A program made the position numbers and the translations under genes. A DNA stretch of 57,418 nucleotides from an uncultured Verrucomicrobiota bacterium (GTDB lineage: Bacteria > Verrucomicrobiota > Kiritimatiellia > RFP12 > UBA3636), in the NCBI GenBank assembly GCA_949295265.1, contig CASFKR010000006.1:1-57418 (forward strand), read 5' to 3'. Shown here one piece after another: positions 30,542 through 41,312 of the stretch. The number at the start of each line of letters is the position of its first letter. Within the stretch, counting starts at the first letter, position 1. The notes below the pieces were generated by a model. That model made no database searches, was not told the origin of the DNA, and saw nothing but the letters and a program-made list of their open reading frames with translations.

Positions 30542-30937
30542 TTACCAGATGGTGCAGAGGACTTCACCGCCGAGGTGACGGCGGCGGGCTTCGCCACCGG
30601 ACATGACGCCGGCGGAGGTGGAAACGACGGCGGTCCCGAGACCACCGAGAACGCGCGGAATTTCCTTCCAGCCGCAGTATTCGCGCAGACCCGGGGAGGA
30701 CTTGCGCTGGATGCCGCGGATGACGGGTTTGTGTTCGGCGTTGTACTTGAGCTCGATGCGGAGCGTTTTCTTGACCTCGCCCTCGACCTCGTAATCGGCA
30801 ATGTACCCTTCCTCCTTAAGAACCTTGACGATTGCCGTCTTGAGGTTCGAGGAGGGCATTTCGATGACGTCCTGGCCGGCGGACTGGCCGTTACGGATAC
30901 GGGTGAGCATATCCGCGATGGGATCAGACCAACTCAT
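30542..30937 (-). CDS. rpsH: 30S ribosomal protein S8
   Basis: SDPIADMLTRIRNG... and operon position. Confidence 0.94.
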   Translation of the reverse strand: MSWSDPIADMLTRIRNGQSAGQDVIEMPSSNLKTAIVKVLKEEGYIADYEVEGEVKKTLRIELKYNAEHKPVIRGIQRKSSPGLREYCGWKEIPRVLGGLGTAVVSTSAGVMSGGEARRRHLGGEVLCTIW

Positions 30938-30958
30938 GGGATTGTTCTCCTTTCCGGG

Positions 30959-31144
30959 TTACCAGGATGCCTTCGTGACGCCGGGAATCTGACCGCTGAG
31001 CGCGAGCTCGCGGAAGCAGATGCGGCAGAGTTTGAATTTCGAGATATAGCCGCGGGCGCGTCCGCAACGGGTGCAACGGTGATAGCTGCGAACCCCGAAT
31101 TTGGGCTTGCGGTTCGCCTTGACCATAAGACATTTCTTAGCCAT
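30959..31144 (-). CDS. rpsN: 30S ribosomal protein S14, short zinc-binding (type Z) form
   Basis: 61 aa with CTRCGR...CRICFRE cysteine pairs, ending KASW. Confidence 0.93.
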   Translation of the reverse strand: MAKKCLMVKANRKPKFGVRSYHRCTRCGRARGYISKFKLCRICFRELALSGQIPGVTKASW

Positions 31145-31162
31145 TGTGAATCAGTGCTCCGT

Positions 31163-31702
31163 TTAGCGGCCGATGAACGGCATGCCCAGACCTTCGAGAA
31201 GGGCGCGGGCCGCCTGGTTGTCTTTCGCGGTGGTCACAATCGTGACGTCCATGCCCTGCTCGGGCGCGCCATGACGGGAGAGATCGATTTCCGGGAAAAT
31301 GGTCTGCTCCTTCAGGCCCATGGAGTAATTCCCGCGGCCGTCAAAGCCGCGCGTGGGAATGCCATGGAAGTCGCGGATACGCGGCAACGCGATGTTGATG
31401 TAACGGTCGAGGAAGTCCCACATGCGGTCGCGGCGCAGCGTGACGCGGGCGCCGATGACCATGCCTTCGCGCAGTTTGAAGTTCGAGACGGACTTCTTGG
31501 CGGTGCACAGAACGGGCTTCTGGCCGGTGATGCGGGCGAGATCGTCCACCACGGACTTCTGCGTGTCCTTGTCGACAATGCCGAAGGCCATGTTGATGAC
31601 AATCTTTTCGAGGCGGGGCGTCTCCATCGGGTTTTTGAACCCGAACTTCTCGCGCAGGGCGGGAACGACTTTCTCCGTGTAAACTTTTTTGAGGTCAGCC
31701 AT
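31163..31702 (-). CDS. rplE: 50S ribosomal protein L5
   Basis: NPMETPRLEKIVINMAFG ... and operon position. Confidence 0.94.
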   Translation of the reverse strand: MADLKKVYTEKVVPALREKFGFKNPMETPRLEKIVINMAFGIVDKDTQKSVVDDLARITGQKPVLCTAKKSVSNFKLREGMVIGARVTLRRDRMWDFLDRYINIALPRIRDFHGIPTRGFDGRGNYSMGLKEQTIFPEIDLSRHGAPEQGMDVTIVTTAKDNQAARALLEGLGMPFIGR

Positions 31703-31711
31703 GGCGTCTCC

Positions 31712-32029
31712 TTATTCGAACCGATGCCCGGTACCCTTGGCGACGCGGACGGACTTGCCGTCTTCGCGGACGTACGAAACGCGCACGCCCTTCTTGGCCT
31801 TGGGGTCGTAAGGCATGAGATTGGACAGATGGATCGGCGCAGGAATCTCGAGAATCTGGCCTTTGGGAAGCTGCTCGTTCTTGCGGATGGTCTTCTTGAT
31901 CATCTTGACGCCTTCCACGATGGCACGCTGCGTCTTGTAGTTGATCATGAGAACCTTGCCGGTCTGGCCGGCGCCGCGGCCGGAGCGGACGAACACGATG
32001 TCGTCCTTCTTGATACGCTGAGCGGACAT
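31712..32029 (-). CDS. rplX: 50S ribosomal protein L24
   Basis: Start placed at [27 protein letters not shown] (ATG at 32027-32029, one nt after the rplN stop). The longer track ORF overlaps rplN. Confidence 0.92.
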   Translation of the reverse strand: MSAQRIKKDDIVFVRSGRGAGQTGKVLMINYKTQRAIVEGVKMIKKTIRKNEQLPKGQILEIPAPIHLSNLMPYDPKAKKGVRVSYVREDGKSVRVAKGTGHRFE

Positions 32030-32030
32030 G

Positions 32031-32396
32031 TCAGAGAACCTCCGGGGCAAGAGAGAGAATTTTGGCATTGTCGCCTTCGCGCAGTTCACGCGCGACCGGC
32101 CCGAAAATGCGGGTGCCGATGGGCGACTTCTTGGCGTCGACAATCACGCAAGCGGAGTTGTCGAACTTGATGTAGGAGCCATCGGGGCGGCGAATCGGAT
32201 ACCCCGTGCGCACGATGATGGCCAGGCAGACCTGGCCCTTCTTGACGGCGCCGGTGGGCTGCGCCTCCTTGACGGCGACGCGGATGCAGTCGCCCAGGTG
32301 CGCATACTTCTTACGCTGCCCGAGAACGCGGAAGCAGCGCACGCGGCGCGCGCCCGTGTTGTCGGCGACGGCGAGATCAGTACCTTCTTGGATCAT
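32031..32396 (-). CDS. rplN: 50S ribosomal protein L14
   Basis: [26 protein letters not shown]. Confidence 0.95.
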   Translation of the reverse strand: MIQEGTDLAVADNTGARRVRCFRVLGQRKKYAHLGDCIRVAVKEAQPTGAVKKGQVCLAIIVRTGYPIRRPDGSYIKFDNSACVIVDAKKSPIGTRIFGPVARELREGDNAKILSLAPEVL

Positions 32397-32399
32397 GGC

Positions 32400-32732
32400 T
32401 TACTTTCCTTCCTCGCCGGCGATCACGGCGGCGGCCTTGGACTCGGCGGCGGCCGCGAGGGCGCGGGCCGAGATGAGCACCTTGGCGAGACGCCAGCGCT
32501 TCGTGGCGCTGAGCGGGCGGGTTTCGACGATTTCAACGGTGTCGCCGACGGCGGCCTCGTTCTTCTCGTCGTGCGTGTGATATTTCTTGGTCAGGGTAAT
32601 CTGTTTGCCGTAGACGGGGTGACGGTAGCGGCGCTCGACGAGCACCGAAATCGTCTTGTCGCCAGACTTCTTGACGACGATCCCGCGACGGACCTTGCGC
32701 AGATTGCGCGCCTGCTTGGATTCTTCGGACAT
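32400..32732 (-). CDS. rpsQ: 30S ribosomal protein S17, with an Ala-rich C-terminal tail
   Basis: [32 protein letters not shown]. Tail ..[24 protein letters not shown]. Confidence 0.92.
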   Translation of the reverse strand: MSEESKQARNLRKVRRGIVVKKSGDKTISVLVERRYRHPVYGKQITLTKKYHTHDEKNEAAVGDTVEIVETRPLSATKRWRLAKVLISARALAAAAESKAAAVIAGEEGK

Positions 32733-32735
32733 GGC

Positions 32736-32942
32736 TTACTTGTTCTCCTGGAGCTCGCGTTCGCGAAGAACGGTGAGCATGCGGGCGACCTGGCGGCGCA
32801 GAACGCGGCGCTTGAGGGGGTTGGACGCGATATCGGAGGCGGTCTTCTTGATGCGCATCTCCAGAATCTGTTTTCCGGCTTCCTCGACCTGAGCCTTGAG
32901 CTCCTCGGAGGAGGTTTCGCGGATTTGCTTCATCTTCATCAT
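32736..32942 (-). CDS. rpmC: 50S ribosomal protein L29
   Basis: 68 aa, MKMKQIRETSSEELKAQVEEAGKQILEMR, operon position. Confidence 0.9.
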   Translation of the reverse strand: MMKMKQIRETSSEELKAQVEEAGKQILEMRIKKTASDIASNPLKRRVLRRQVARMLTVLRERELQENK

Positions 32943-32966
32943 GGGATGGATTCTCCGGATTGATGC

Positions 32967-33386
32967 TTAGCCCTGGTTCTCACGGGTGACCATGCAGCAA
33001 TGGACGCCGAGCTTCGCGGAAGCGAGGCGGAAAGCCTCACGGGCGAGGGAGTCGGGAACACCGGCCAGCTCGAAGAGCATGGTGCCGGGCGTCACAACGG
33101 CGCACCAGAATTCAGGATCGCCTTTGCCCTTACCCATGCGGACTTCGATAGGCTTCTTGGACACCGGCTTGTCCGGAAAGACGCGGACCCAAAGTTTGCC
33201 GCGACGCTTGAGGTGGCGGTTGATGCACACACGGCAGGCTTCGATCTGGATGGCGGTGATCCAGCCGCGATCGAGCGTCTTGAGGCCGTAGTCGCCCTGG
33301 GCGAGTTGCGTGTTGCGGGTGGCGAGCCCGGCGCGGGAACCGCGCTGGACCTTGCGGTGCTTGACGCGCTTAGGCATTAGCGGCAT
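32967..33386 (-). CDS. rplP: 50S ribosomal protein L16
   Basis: [16 protein letters not shown]... and operon position. Confidence 0.94.
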   Translation of the reverse strand: MPLMPKRVKHRKVQRGSRAGLATRNTQLAQGDYGLKTLDRGWITAIQIEACRVCINRHLKRRGKLWVRVFPDKPVSKKPIEVRMGKGKGDPEFWCAVVTPGTMLFELAGVPDSLAREAFRLASAKLGVHCCMVTRENQG

Positions 33387-34056
33387 GGCTGTTCCTCCGT
33401 TTCTGCGTGCGAGGCTGATAGTGTTCGGACTTGCAGACCCAGACCTTGACGCCGATCAGACCGGCCGTCGTCTTGGCTTCGGCAAAGCCGTATTCGATGT
33501 GGGCGCGGAGCGTGTGCAGGGGGACGCGGCCCTCCTTCATCCATTCCGTGCGGGAAAGCTCGGCGCCGCCGATGCGGCCGCAGGCGAGCATTTTGATGCC
33601 GTCGACACCCAGGTCCATCGCCGTCTTCTGGGCGCGCTTCATCGCGCGCTTGAGCGTGACGCGGCGCACGAGCTGGTCGGCGATGTTCTCGGCAATGAGC
33701 TGCGCATTGGCATCCTGGTCGCGGATTTCGTCGATCTGGAAAAAGATCTTCTTACCCGTCTTCTTCAGGAGGTATTGCTTCATCTCATCCAAGAGCAGCG
33801 TCTTGTCGTCCTTGCCCTTCGCGGACATGAGGACGCCGGGGCGTGCGGTGAGAATCTGAATGCGGACGCGGTTGGCCGCGCGCTCGATCTGAATCGAGGC
33901 GAGTGCGGCGCTGCGGGCCTTGTCCTTGATGTAGTCGCGGATCATGCAGTCCTCGGCGAGGAAATCGCCAAAGGAGCGCTTGTCGGCGAACCAGCGGGAA
34001 CGCCAGTCGTGGTTGACGCTTACGCGGAACCCGATCGGATTAACTTTCTGTCCCAA
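33370..34056 (-). CDS. rpsC: 30S ribosomal protein S3
   Basis: MGQKVNPIGFRVSVNHDWRSRWFA. Confidence 0.95.
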   Translation of the reverse strand: MGQKVNPIGFRVSVNHDWRSRWFADKRSFGDFLAEDCMIRDYIKDKARSAALASIQIERAANRVRIQILTARPGVLMSAKGKDDKTLLLDEMKQYLLKKTGKKIFFQIDEIRDQDANAQLIAENIADQLVRRVTLKRAMKRAQKTAMDLGVDGIKMLACGRIGGAELSRTEWMKEGRVPLHTLRAHIEYGFAEAKTTAGLIGVKVWVCKSEHYQPRTQKRRNSHAANA

Positions 34057-34067
34057 GGTTTTGCTCC

Positions 34068-34403
34068 TTATTTTTCGTCGCTGAGAACCACGGTGATGTG
34101 GCTCGTCTGTTTTTCAATGGGGCTGGCCGAGCCACGGGCGCGGGGCCAGTAGCGGCGCATGCTGGGGCCTTCGTCGAAGACGCACTTGGCGACGAAGAGG
34201 GTGTCCTGATCCAGGCCGAAATTGTGGCTCGCGTTGGCAGCGGCCGAACGAAGAGTCTTGGCCAGGAGGCCGGCAGCTTTGCGCGGCGAAAAGTCCGTAA
34301 TCTTGAGTGCATCCGCCAGGGACTTGCCCTTGACGGCGCGCGCCAGATCGCGGCCCTTCGAAGCGGAAATCCGCACGTTGCGGGAAATGGCTTTAACTTC
34401 CAT
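34068..34403 (-). CDS. rplV: 50S ribosomal protein L22
   Basis: MEVKAISRNVRISASKGRDLARAVKG. Confidence 0.93.
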   Translation of the reverse strand: MEVKAISRNVRISASKGRDLARAVKGKSLADALKITDFSPRKAAGLLAKTLRSAAANASHNFGLDQDTLFVAKCVFDEGPSMRRYWPRARGSASPIEKQTSHITVVLSDEK

Positions 34404-34416
34404 GTGAAGCCTCCGG

Positions 34417-34695
34417 TTACTTGGTCACCTTGTCCGTGGTGGCGCCATGGTGGCGGAAGGTGCGCGTGGGCGCAAATTCGCCGAGACGGTGGCCGACCAT
34501 GTTTTCGGTGATGAAGATGGGAAGGAATTGCTTCCCGTTGTGGATGGCGAAGGTAAGACCGACGAAGTCGGGCGTGATCATCGAGCGGCGCGACCAGGTC
34601 TTGATGGGCTGCTTGCGCTGCGCGGCGTTCATCGCTTCCACCTTCTTGAGGAGTTTCTCCTCGACGTAGGGTCCTTTCTTGAGAGAACGGGGCAT
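34417..34695 (-). CDS. rpsS: 30S ribosomal protein S19
   Basis: [20 protein letters not shown]...HNGKQF. Confidence 0.95.
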   Translation of the reverse strand: MPRSLKKGPYVEEKLLKKVEAMNAAQRKQPIKTWSRRSMITPDFVGLTFAIHNGKQFLPIFITENMVGHRLGEFAPTRTFRHHGATTDKVTK

Positions 34696-34701
34696 GGCGG
34701 A

Positions 34702-35526
34702 TTACTTTCTGCGCTTGAGAATGACACGATCGGAGGCCTTGCGCGGCTTGCGGGTCTTGCCGCCCTTGGCCAGTTTGCCCCACGGGGAGACGGCGGGGCC
34801 GCCACCGGAGGTACGGCCTTCACCACCGCCCATCGGGTGGTCGACAGGGTTCATGGCAACGCCGCGGACGGTCGGGCGGATGCCCAGCCAGCGTTTGCGG
34901 CCGGCCTTGCCGAGCATGATGCCGAGGGCCTCGCCGTTGCCGACGACGCCGATGCAGGCGCGGCAGTTGGCCAGGAAGCGGCGCTCTTCGCCCGAAGGCA
35001 TGCGGAGCGTCACATAACCGGCGTCGCGGCTCATGACCTGCGCGGAGGAGCCGGCGGTGCGGACGATCTTGCCGCCGCGGCCGGGGACGAGCTCGATGTT
35101 GTGCACGCTCATGCCCAGCGGAATTTTGCCGAGCGTGAGGTAGTTGCCGACTTTGGGCTCCGCCTCATCGGAAGCGATGACGGTGGTGCCGACGGTGAGC
35201 GACTCGGGGGCGAGAATGTAGCGCTTCTCGCCGTCGACGTACGCGAGCAGGGCGATGTAGCAGGTACGGTTGGGATCGTACTCAATCGCCTGAACCTTCG
35301 CGGGAACGCCGACCTTGTCGCGGCGGTAATCGATGATACGGTAACGGCGCTTGACGCCGCCGCCGCGATGGCGGATGGAAATGTGGCCGAAGCAGTCGCG
35401 ACCGGCCTTCGAGCGCTTGGCGACCGTGAGGCTGCGCTCCGGCTTGGTCTTCGTGACTTGCTCGAAGGTCGAACCCGTCGCAGTGCGGCGGCTCGGCGTG
35501 TACGGCTTGTAGGATTTGATACCCAT
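34702..35526 (-). CDS. rplB: 50S ribosomal protein L2
   Basis: [13 protein letters not shown] ... [18 protein letters not shown]. Confidence 0.96.
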   Translation of the reverse strand: MGIKSYKPYTPSRRTATGSTFEQVTKTKPERSLTVAKRSKAGRDCFGHISIRHRGGGVKRRYRIIDYRRDKVGVPAKVQAIEYDPNRTCYIALLAYVDGEKRYILAPESLTVGTTVIASDEAEPKVGNYLTLGKIPLGMSVHNIELVPGRGGKIVRTAGSSAQVMSRDAGYVTLRMPSGEERRFLANCRACIGVVGNGEALGIMLGKAGRKRWLGIRPTVRGVAMNPVDHPMGGGEGRTSGGGPAVSPWGKLAKGGKTRKPRKASDRVILKRRK

Positions 35527-35563
35527 GGATGATTCTCCGTGAAGAGGGTTGCGGTCTCGCGCC

Positions 35564-35848
35564 TTAGAGCAGGTCGATCTTGTCGCCCGGCTTGAGCGTC
35601 ACAATCGCGCGCTTCCAATCGGGAGCCTTCACCGTCTTGCGCGTACGAAGCGTCCGGGTTTTGCCCAGATAGTTCTGCGTGTTGACGGCCAGGACGGTTA
35701 CATTGAAGAAGTCCTCAACGGCCTTCTTGATTTCGGCCTTGTTCGCGGCGCGGTCCACACGCAGCATGTAGCGGTTCTGTTCCGCCTGCATGCCCGTGCC
35801 CTTCTCCGTGGACATCACGGCCTTGATGACAGTGTTTGCGTGCTTCAT
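35564..35848 (-). CDS. rplW: 50S ribosomal protein L23
   Basis: 94 aa, ..[11 protein letters not shown]...[14 protein letters not shown], operon position. Confidence 0.9.
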   Translation of the reverse strand: MKHANTVIKAVMSTEKGTGMQAEQNRYMLRVDRAANKAEIKKAVEDFFNVTVLAVNTQNYLGKTRTLRTRKTVKAPDWKRAIVTLKPGDKIDLL

Positions 35849-35851
35849 GCC

Positions 35852-36490
35852 TTAAGATTCCTTGCGGGGAGCGGCGATGCGGGCCTTGAGGTCCTCCCAG
35901 GCGGGCTGGGAGACGATGACCTTGCGGTGCAGCATCATCTGGTAGAGGGACGCGCCGGAGGCCGTGGCGACTTCCACGTCCGGCAGGTTGCGCGAAGCCA
36001 GCGTGAGCGTCTCGTCAAACGCTTTGACGACGAGCAGGGCGTTGGCGGCGTCGAGCCCCTTGAGCACCTGAACGAGTGCCTTGGTCTTGGGGGCCTCCAG
36101 AGAGAGGTCGTCCACGACGATGAGCGAGCCGTCGGCAATGCGGTCGGAAACCGCGCGGCGGAACGCGAGGCGGGCGACCTTCTTGTTGACTTTGAGCGAG
36201 AAGTCGCGCGGCTTGGGCCCGAAGGCTACGCCGCCGCCACGCCACACGGGCGACTGGCGCAGACCGGCACGGGCGCGGCCCGTCTTCTTCTGCTTCCAGG
36301 GCTTCTTGTTGGAACCCGCAACCTCGCCCTTGGACAGCGTGGAGGCGGTGCCGGCACGGTAGTAGGCCATGCGGCTGACAATGGTATCGCGGACGGCTTG
36401 CTCGCCACGGTCCAGAACGAGGTCCTGGTCGGCGAGTTCGAGCGCGCCTTTTTCCTGGCCGTCACGGCCAAACAGTTTGATGGTAGCCAT
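35852..36490 (-). CDS. rplD: 50S ribosomal protein L4
   Basis: ..KKPWKQKKTGRARAG..SPVWRGGGVAFGPKPRD. Confidence 0.94.
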   Translation of the reverse strand: MATIKLFGRDGQEKGALELADQDLVLDRGEQAVRDTIVSRMAYYRAGTASTLSKGEVAGSNKKPWKQKKTGRARAGLRQSPVWRGGGVAFGPKPRDFSLKVNKKVARLAFRRAVSDRIADGSLIVVDDLSLEAPKTKALVQVLKGLDAANALLVVKAFDETLTLASRNLPDVEVATASGASLYQMMLHRKVIVSQPAWEDLKARIAAPRKES

Positions 36491-36498
36491 ATCGCCTC

Positions 36499-37131
36499 TT
36501 ACGCCTTCTTGATAGCCTTGCGAATAATCACCATCGAGCCATTGGCGCCCGGAACGGCACCGCGCACGAGGATGAGGTTCTGCTCAGGGCGAACCGATTC
36601 GATTTTGAGGTTCTGGACGGTGCACTGGCGGTTGCCCGTATCGCCGGGCATGGGGTGCCCCTTCTCGACCGAGCCGGGGGACTGGCGCATGCCGATGGAG
36701 CCCGGACGCCGCTTGACGTGGCCGCCGTGCGTCATCGGGCCGCCGGCAAAGCCCCAGCGGCGCATGACGCCCATGAAGCCCTTGCCCTTGGAGGTCGCCG
36801 TGACGTCCACGTACCGGACGTCCTTGAAAATTTCGACCGTGTAAACCGTGCCGGCTTCGAGCTTGTCCGAAGCGTCCGCCTGAAATTCACGCAGAACGCG
36901 GACCGGCTGCTCAAGCCCGGCCTTTTGAGTGTGGCCCAATTCCGCCTTGGAGAGGCGGGAAGCCTTCTGGGGAGCCCAGCCAAGCTGGACGGCCTCGTAG
37001 CCATCCTTGCCGGCTTCCTTGACTTGGACGACGGGGCAGGGACCCGCCTCGATGACCGTCACCGGAACGCGGACGCCGTCCTTGTCCCAAATCTGGGTCA
37101 TCCCGATTTTCTTTCCGATCAAGCCTTGCAT
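36499..37131 (-). CDS. rplC: 50S ribosomal protein L3
   Basis: MQGLIGKKIGMTQIWD...TSKGKGFMGVMRRWGFAGG. Confidence 0.95.
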   Translation of the reverse strand: MQGLIGKKIGMTQIWDKDGVRVPVTVIEAGPCPVVQVKEAGKDGYEAVQLGWAPQKASRLSKAELGHTQKAGLEQPVRVLREFQADASDKLEAGTVYTVEIFKDVRYVDVTATSKGKGFMGVMRRWGFAGGPMTHGGHVKRRPGSIGMRQSPGSVEKGHPMPGDTGNRQCTVQNLKIESVRPEQNLILVRGAVPGANGSMVIIRKAIKKA

Positions 37132-37142
37132 GGGATGGTTCC

Positions 37143-37451
37143 TTAAATCTTGATGGTGATGTCGACGCCGGCGGGCAGGTTGAGCTTCTTGAGCTCCTCG
37201 ACCGTCTTGCCGGTGGGATTGACGATGTCGAGCACGCGCTTGTGCGTGCGCATCTCGAACTGATCCATGGACTTCTTGTCCACATGGGGGCTGCGATTGA
37301 CCGTGAACCGCTCAATGCGGGTCGGCAGCGGGATGGGTCCGACCACTTCGGAGCCATTGGAGCGGGCCGTGGTGACAATTTCGGACACGGCTCCATCCAG
37401 GACGCGGTGATCGTAGCCCTGCATGCGGATTCTGATGCGTTGATTAGGCAT
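37143..37451 (-). CDS. rpsJ: 30S ribosomal protein S10
   Basis: [16 protein letters not shown]...[21 protein letters not shown]. Confidence 0.95.
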   Translation of the reverse strand: MPNQRIRIRMQGYDHRVLDGAVSEIVTTARSNGSEVVGPIPLPTRIERFTVNRSPHVDKKSMDQFEMRTHKRVLDIVNPTGKTVEELKKLNLPAGVDITIKI

Positions 37452-37457
37452 GGTGCT

Positions 37458-39578
37458 TTACCTGTTCAGGATTGCTTCTTTGACGGCGCGGGGGACGACG
37501 GCGAACTGCTCGGGCTGCATCGAGTAGGAGGCGCGTCCCCGCGAGAGGGAACGGATTGCCGTTGCGTACCCGAAGAGTTCCGCCAGCGGGACCGCCGCAC
37601 GAATGGTCTGCATGTCGCCACGCATTTCCATTTCGCGGACTTGCCCGCGGCGGCCGTTCAGGTCGCCCATGAGTTCGCCCGTAAATTCGGGCGGCGTCAC
37701 GAGCTCAACGGCCATAATGGGTTCGAGCAGTTCAGGGTTGGCCTTCGCTGCGGCCTCGCGGAAGGCGAGAATCGCCGCAGTGCGGAAGGCCGTCTCCGTC
37801 GCGCTGTCGGGGTCGACAATGCCGCCGTCCGTGACGCGGACATACACGTCCTGCATCGGGAAGCGGGCAAGCACGCCGGTGAGAATGGCATCCTGGATCC
37901 CCTGCTCGATCGGGGTCCAGAATTCAGGCGGAATCGTGTTGCGGGGCGGCTTGACCTCGACGAGGGAACCCTCGCCGCGGGCACGCGGAGAGACGCGCAG
38001 CCCCACGATGGCGGCCTGGCGGCGACCGCCGATTTCGCGGTCGAACGTCTCGCGTCCTTCCCCTTCGCCGGTCACCGTTTCCGTGTACGAAACCATGGGC
38101 TTACCCGTATTGGCGGGCACCTTGAATTCGCGCAACAGACGGTCGCGCAGAATGTCCAGATGCAGCTCGCCCATACCGGAGACGATGGTCTGCCCCGTCT
38201 CTTCGTCCTCGCGGATGCGGCAGGTGGGATCTTCATCGGCGAGCGTTTGCAGCGCCGCCTGAAGCTTCTCCTTGTCCGCGCGGGAACGCGGCTCGATGGC
38301 CATAGACATAACCGGCTCGGGGAATTCAATCGCGTCGAGCGCGATTTGCGCATTTTCCGCGCAAACCGTGTCGCCGGTCGTGAATTTCCCGATGCCACCG
38401 AGCACGCCGATTTCCCCGCTGTAAATCGCATCCGTGTCCGTTTGCGTATTGGCATGCATCCGAAGCAGCCGAAGAACACGGTCGCGCGTCCGGGTGCGGG
38501 GATTCCAGACGTTCATGCCTTTGCGCAGAACGCCGGAGTAAACCCGGACGAAGAGAAGGCGCCCCAGATAGGGGTCCGAGGCCACCTTGAAAATGAGTCC
38601 GGCCAGGGGCGCATTGTCGTCCGCCGGCCGCTGCACGGTCTTGCCCGTGCGAATCTCCGTTCCTTCCACCGGGGGCACGTCCAGCGGCGAGGGCAGATAG
38701 CGCACCACCGCGTCCAGGAGGGGCTGCACGCCCTTGTCCCGAAGTGCCGTTCCGCAAAGGACCGGAACCATTTTCCGGGCGACAACGCAGCGGCGCAGCG
38801 CCGCATGGATGTCGTCCTCCCGAATCTCACCACCAGCGAGGTAGATATCGGCAAAAGCCTCATCGGCTTCCGCAATCTGCTCGATCATCTCTTCCCGAGC
38901 GGCCAGCGCCTCATCGCGAAGCTCGGCAGGCACGTCTTCCACAACGGGGCGCGCGCCGAGGTCCTCCTCGAGATAGGTCACAGACTTCAGGGAGATGAGG
39001 TCAATCGCACCGCGGAATGTTTCGGCGCAACCCAGCGGGAGCTGCAGCGCCACAGGATGCGCGCCGAGCTTCGTGCGGATTTCGTCAACAACATTTTGGA
39101 AGTTCGCACCCATGCGGTCCATCTTGTTGACGAACGCAAGGAGCGGAACCTGGTAACGGTCGGCCTGACGCCAAACGGTTTCCGACTGAGGCTGGACGCC
39201 CGCCACGGCGCAGAAGACGCCGACGGCACCGTCCAGTACGCGCAGGCTCCGCTCCACCTCCACGGTGAAGTCGACGTGCCCGGGCGTATCGATGAGATTG
39301 ACCTGACGGCTCATCCACTCACAGGTGGTTGCAGCCGATGTGATGGTAATCCCGCGCTCGCGCTCCTGAATCATCCAGTCCATCGTGGCATTGCCGTCGT
39401 GGACTTCGCCAATCTTGTGAATCTTGCCGGCGTAGTACAGGATGCGTTCGGAAACCGTGGTCTTTCCGGCATCGATATGAGCGATGATTCCGATGTTGCG
39501 AACATCGCAAAGCGCATGGCTGCGCCCCTCGGGGGACGCCTGCGTGCGCTTGCCGTTGTTGTTGGAATCGTTGCTCAC
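37458..39578 (-). CDS. fusA: Elongation factor G
   Basis: [36 protein letters not shown]. There is no in-frame ATG near the G domain. I propose the GTG at 39576-39578, preceded by GGAG. The track ORF start at 39677 would add an implausible leader. Confidence 0.93.
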   Translation of the reverse strand: MSNDSNNNGKRTQASPEGRSHALCDVRNIGIIAHIDAGKTTVSERILYYAGKIHKIGEVHDGNATMDWMIQERERGITITSAATTCEWMSRQVNLIDTPGHVDFTVEVERSLRVLDGAVGVFCAVAGVQPQSETVWRQADRYQVPLLAFVNKMDRMGANFQNVVDEIRTKLGAHPVALQLPLGCAETFRGAIDLISLKSVTYLEEDLGARPVVEDVPAELRDEALAAREEMIEQIAEADEAFADIYLAGGEIREDDIHAALRRCVVARKMVPVLCGTALRDKGVQPLLDAVVRYLPSPLDVPPVEGTEIRTGKTVQRPADDNAPLAGLIFKVASDPYLGRLLFVRVYSGVLRKGMNVWNPRTRTRDRVLRLLRMHANTQTDTDAIYSGEIGVLGGIGKFTTGDTVCAENAQIALDAIEFPEPVMSMAIEPRSRADKEKLQAALQTLADEDPTCRIREDEETGQTIVSGMGELHLDILRDRLLREFKVPANTGKPMVSYTETVTGEGEGRETFDREIGGRRQAAIVGLRVSPRARGEGSLVEVKPPRNTIPPEFWTPIEQGIQDAILTGVLARFPMQDVYVRVTDGGIVDPDSATETAFRTAAILAFREAAAKANPELLEPIMAVELVTPPEFTGELMGDLNGRRGQVREMEMRGDMQTIRAAVPLAELFGYATAIRSLSRGRASYSMQPEQFAVVPRAVKEAILNR

Positions 39579-39734
39579 CGATGAACTCCGGAGAGAATGG
39601 GTTTCGTACGTTAGGTTTTCAAAGAGCAAACCGAATCGCGGGATTCGGGATCCGGACCGCAGTCGCGGTGCCGTCAAGAAAGGGAGCGGGTGGTTCCGTC
39701 CGGCAGGATGCAGGAGCCGGAACCGGGGGCCTCT

Positions 39735-40214
39735 TTAGAAGCCGTAGTGCGCAAACGCGCGGTTGGCCTGCGCCATCTTGTGCGTGTCGTCACGCTTCTT
39801 GATGACGTTGCCCGTGTTGTTGTAGGCGTCGAGCAGCTCGGCGGCGACAGCCTTGGGCATCGAAATGCCGCGGCGGCCGGAGGCGTACGTCGTAAGCCAG
39901 CGCAGCGCCAGCGCCAGACGGCGGGGCTGCTTGATTTCAACGGGCACCTGATACGAGGCGCCGCCCACGCGGCGGGACTTGACCTCGACGGAGGGCTTCA
40001 TGTTGTTCACCGCAGTGTCGAGCACCTCGAGAACGTCCTTGCCTTCAACCTTCGTGGCAAGCTCGGCAATGGCGCCGTAAACGATGCGCTGGGCCGTCGT
40101 CTTCTTGCCCTTGCGCATAAAGTAGTTGATCATGTGAGCGACCAGCTCGGATCCGAACTTGGGATCGACCTGGACGTGGCGCTTGGCCATGCTCTTATTG
40201 GGCCTTCTGGACAT
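39735..40214 (-). CDS. rpsG: 30S ribosomal protein S7
   Basis: MSRRPNKSMAKRHVQVDPKFGS... Confidence 0.95.
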   Translation of the reverse strand: MSRRPNKSMAKRHVQVDPKFGSELVAHMINYFMRKGKKTTAQRIVYGAIAELATKVEGKDVLEVLDTAVNNMKPSVEVKSRRVGGASYQVPVEIKQPRRLALALRWLTTYASGRRGISMPKAVAAELLDAYNNTGNVIKKRDDTHKMAQANRAFAHYGF

Positions 40215-40241
40215 GTTGTGTGGCTCTTTCTGTCTGAGAGA

Positions 40242-40613
40242 TTACTTACCGCGCTTCATGCCGTACTTGGAACGGCCTTGCTTGCGACCATTGACGCCAA
40301 GGCAGTCAAGCGTGCCGCGGACAACGTGGTAACGGACACCCGGAAGGTCTGCCACACGGCCGCCGCGGACGAGCACGACGCTGTGTTCCTGCAGGTTGTG
40401 GCCAACGCCGCCAATGTAAGCGGTCACTTCATACCCGGTGGTGAGACGAACACGGCACACCTTGCGGAGCGCGGAGTTCGGCTTCTTCGGCGTCTGGGTC
40501 TTCACCAGGAGGCACACGCCGCGGCGCTGCGGGCAATTCTTAAGGGCCGGAGACTTGCTCTTCTTCGAGAGCGACGTGCGGCCTTTGCGAACAAGCTGGT
40601 TGATGGTGGGCAT
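40242..40613 (-). CDS. rpsL: 30S ribosomal protein S12
   Basis: Start at [12 protein letters not shown] (ATG at 40611-40613). ..[17 protein letters not shown].. The track ORF extends upstream into repeat sequence. Confidence 0.96.
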   Translation of the reverse strand: MPTINQLVRKGRTSLSKKSKSPALKNCPQRRGVCLLVKTQTPKKPNSALRKVCRVRLTTGYEVTAYIGGVGHNLQEHSVVLVRGGRVADLPGVRYHVVRGTLDCLGVNGRKQGRSKYGMKRGK

Positions 40614-40802
40614 AGGAAATGAAATTCTTTTAATGGAAAAGCGGTTATCAATCCTATCAGAAGGATTTTTGGAAATCAATCCCCGATTGTAAAATTTCCT
40701 ATTTTCGGCTGAAAGACCGCTCTGGGAGCGGAGAATCAAGGAATAACAGATACCGGATTCCCCGGTTGCCGCAGGCGGAGCCGAGCGAGGATCTGGGAAA
40801 AT

Positions 40803-41290
40803 GAGCCACACGGAGGGGCAAAGTCACACGGAGGCAAAGCCAGCGCAGAATGATGACAACGAAGGCGATGCCAGCGCAACGAGTCAAAACAGGACGAACA
40901 CGACGAACAGGACGAACACGACGAACAGGACGAACAGGACAGCTCGCTTTTGCGCACAACGAGGCTATCGGAGACAGCGCTGCCGAGCGAAGCCGTCAAT
41001 AGTACCAGGGGCGAAGCCGCCGGAAGGAACCGCCGCCACGACCCTGAAGGAGTCGAACTGTCATGCGAAGGATGAGCGCGAGCGAATTCTGAAACAGGGT
41101 TGGTATTAGAAGCGCGCCCCGGACTGTCACAGACGGAGGTTCTTCATCGGCCCCGGAGCGCGCAGGTTGTCTGCGGCGAAGCGGCGGAGACGAAGCCGAT
41201 GATTCCAGCGGCTTCGCCTCCGATCTTCCCGATACTTCCGAGGATTCCGATTTTGCCCTGTCCTGTTCGTCGTGTTCGTCCTGCTTGCGC
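40803..41290. repeat. Mosaic intergenic repeat region R8
   Basis: GAGCCACACGGAGGGGCAAAG; two GCCAGCGCA; inverted GTnCGTCnT array with GCGCAAAAGCGAGC flank at 40871-40957; GCGAAGCCGCCGGAAGG...CTGAAACAGG at 41009-41098; CCGATGATTCC module at 41192-41257; forward short array at 41258-41290. Confidence 0.85.
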
Positions 41291-41312
41291 GGACCGGGCT
41301 GCAGACGGCGAA

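Noticed and set aside
40614-40811. N-terminal extensions in the ORF track for rpsL (189 aa), rplX (143 aa, 32030-32143), lolE (517 aa, 19591-19911), clpB (22603-22665), fusA (39579-39677) and cca (42729-42815)
   Set aside because: The extensions run into repeats or into the preceding gene. Conserved N-termini with Shine-Dalgarno-like sequences are found at the internal starts used in the feature table.
40871-40957. Possible CRISPR array, suggested by the short periodic repeats and the recurring TGTTTCCCGCAGAGACACAGAG string
   Set aside because: The units are 9 nt and contiguous, with no spacers. The 22-nt string occurs once per locus, many kb apart. No cas genes are present in the window.
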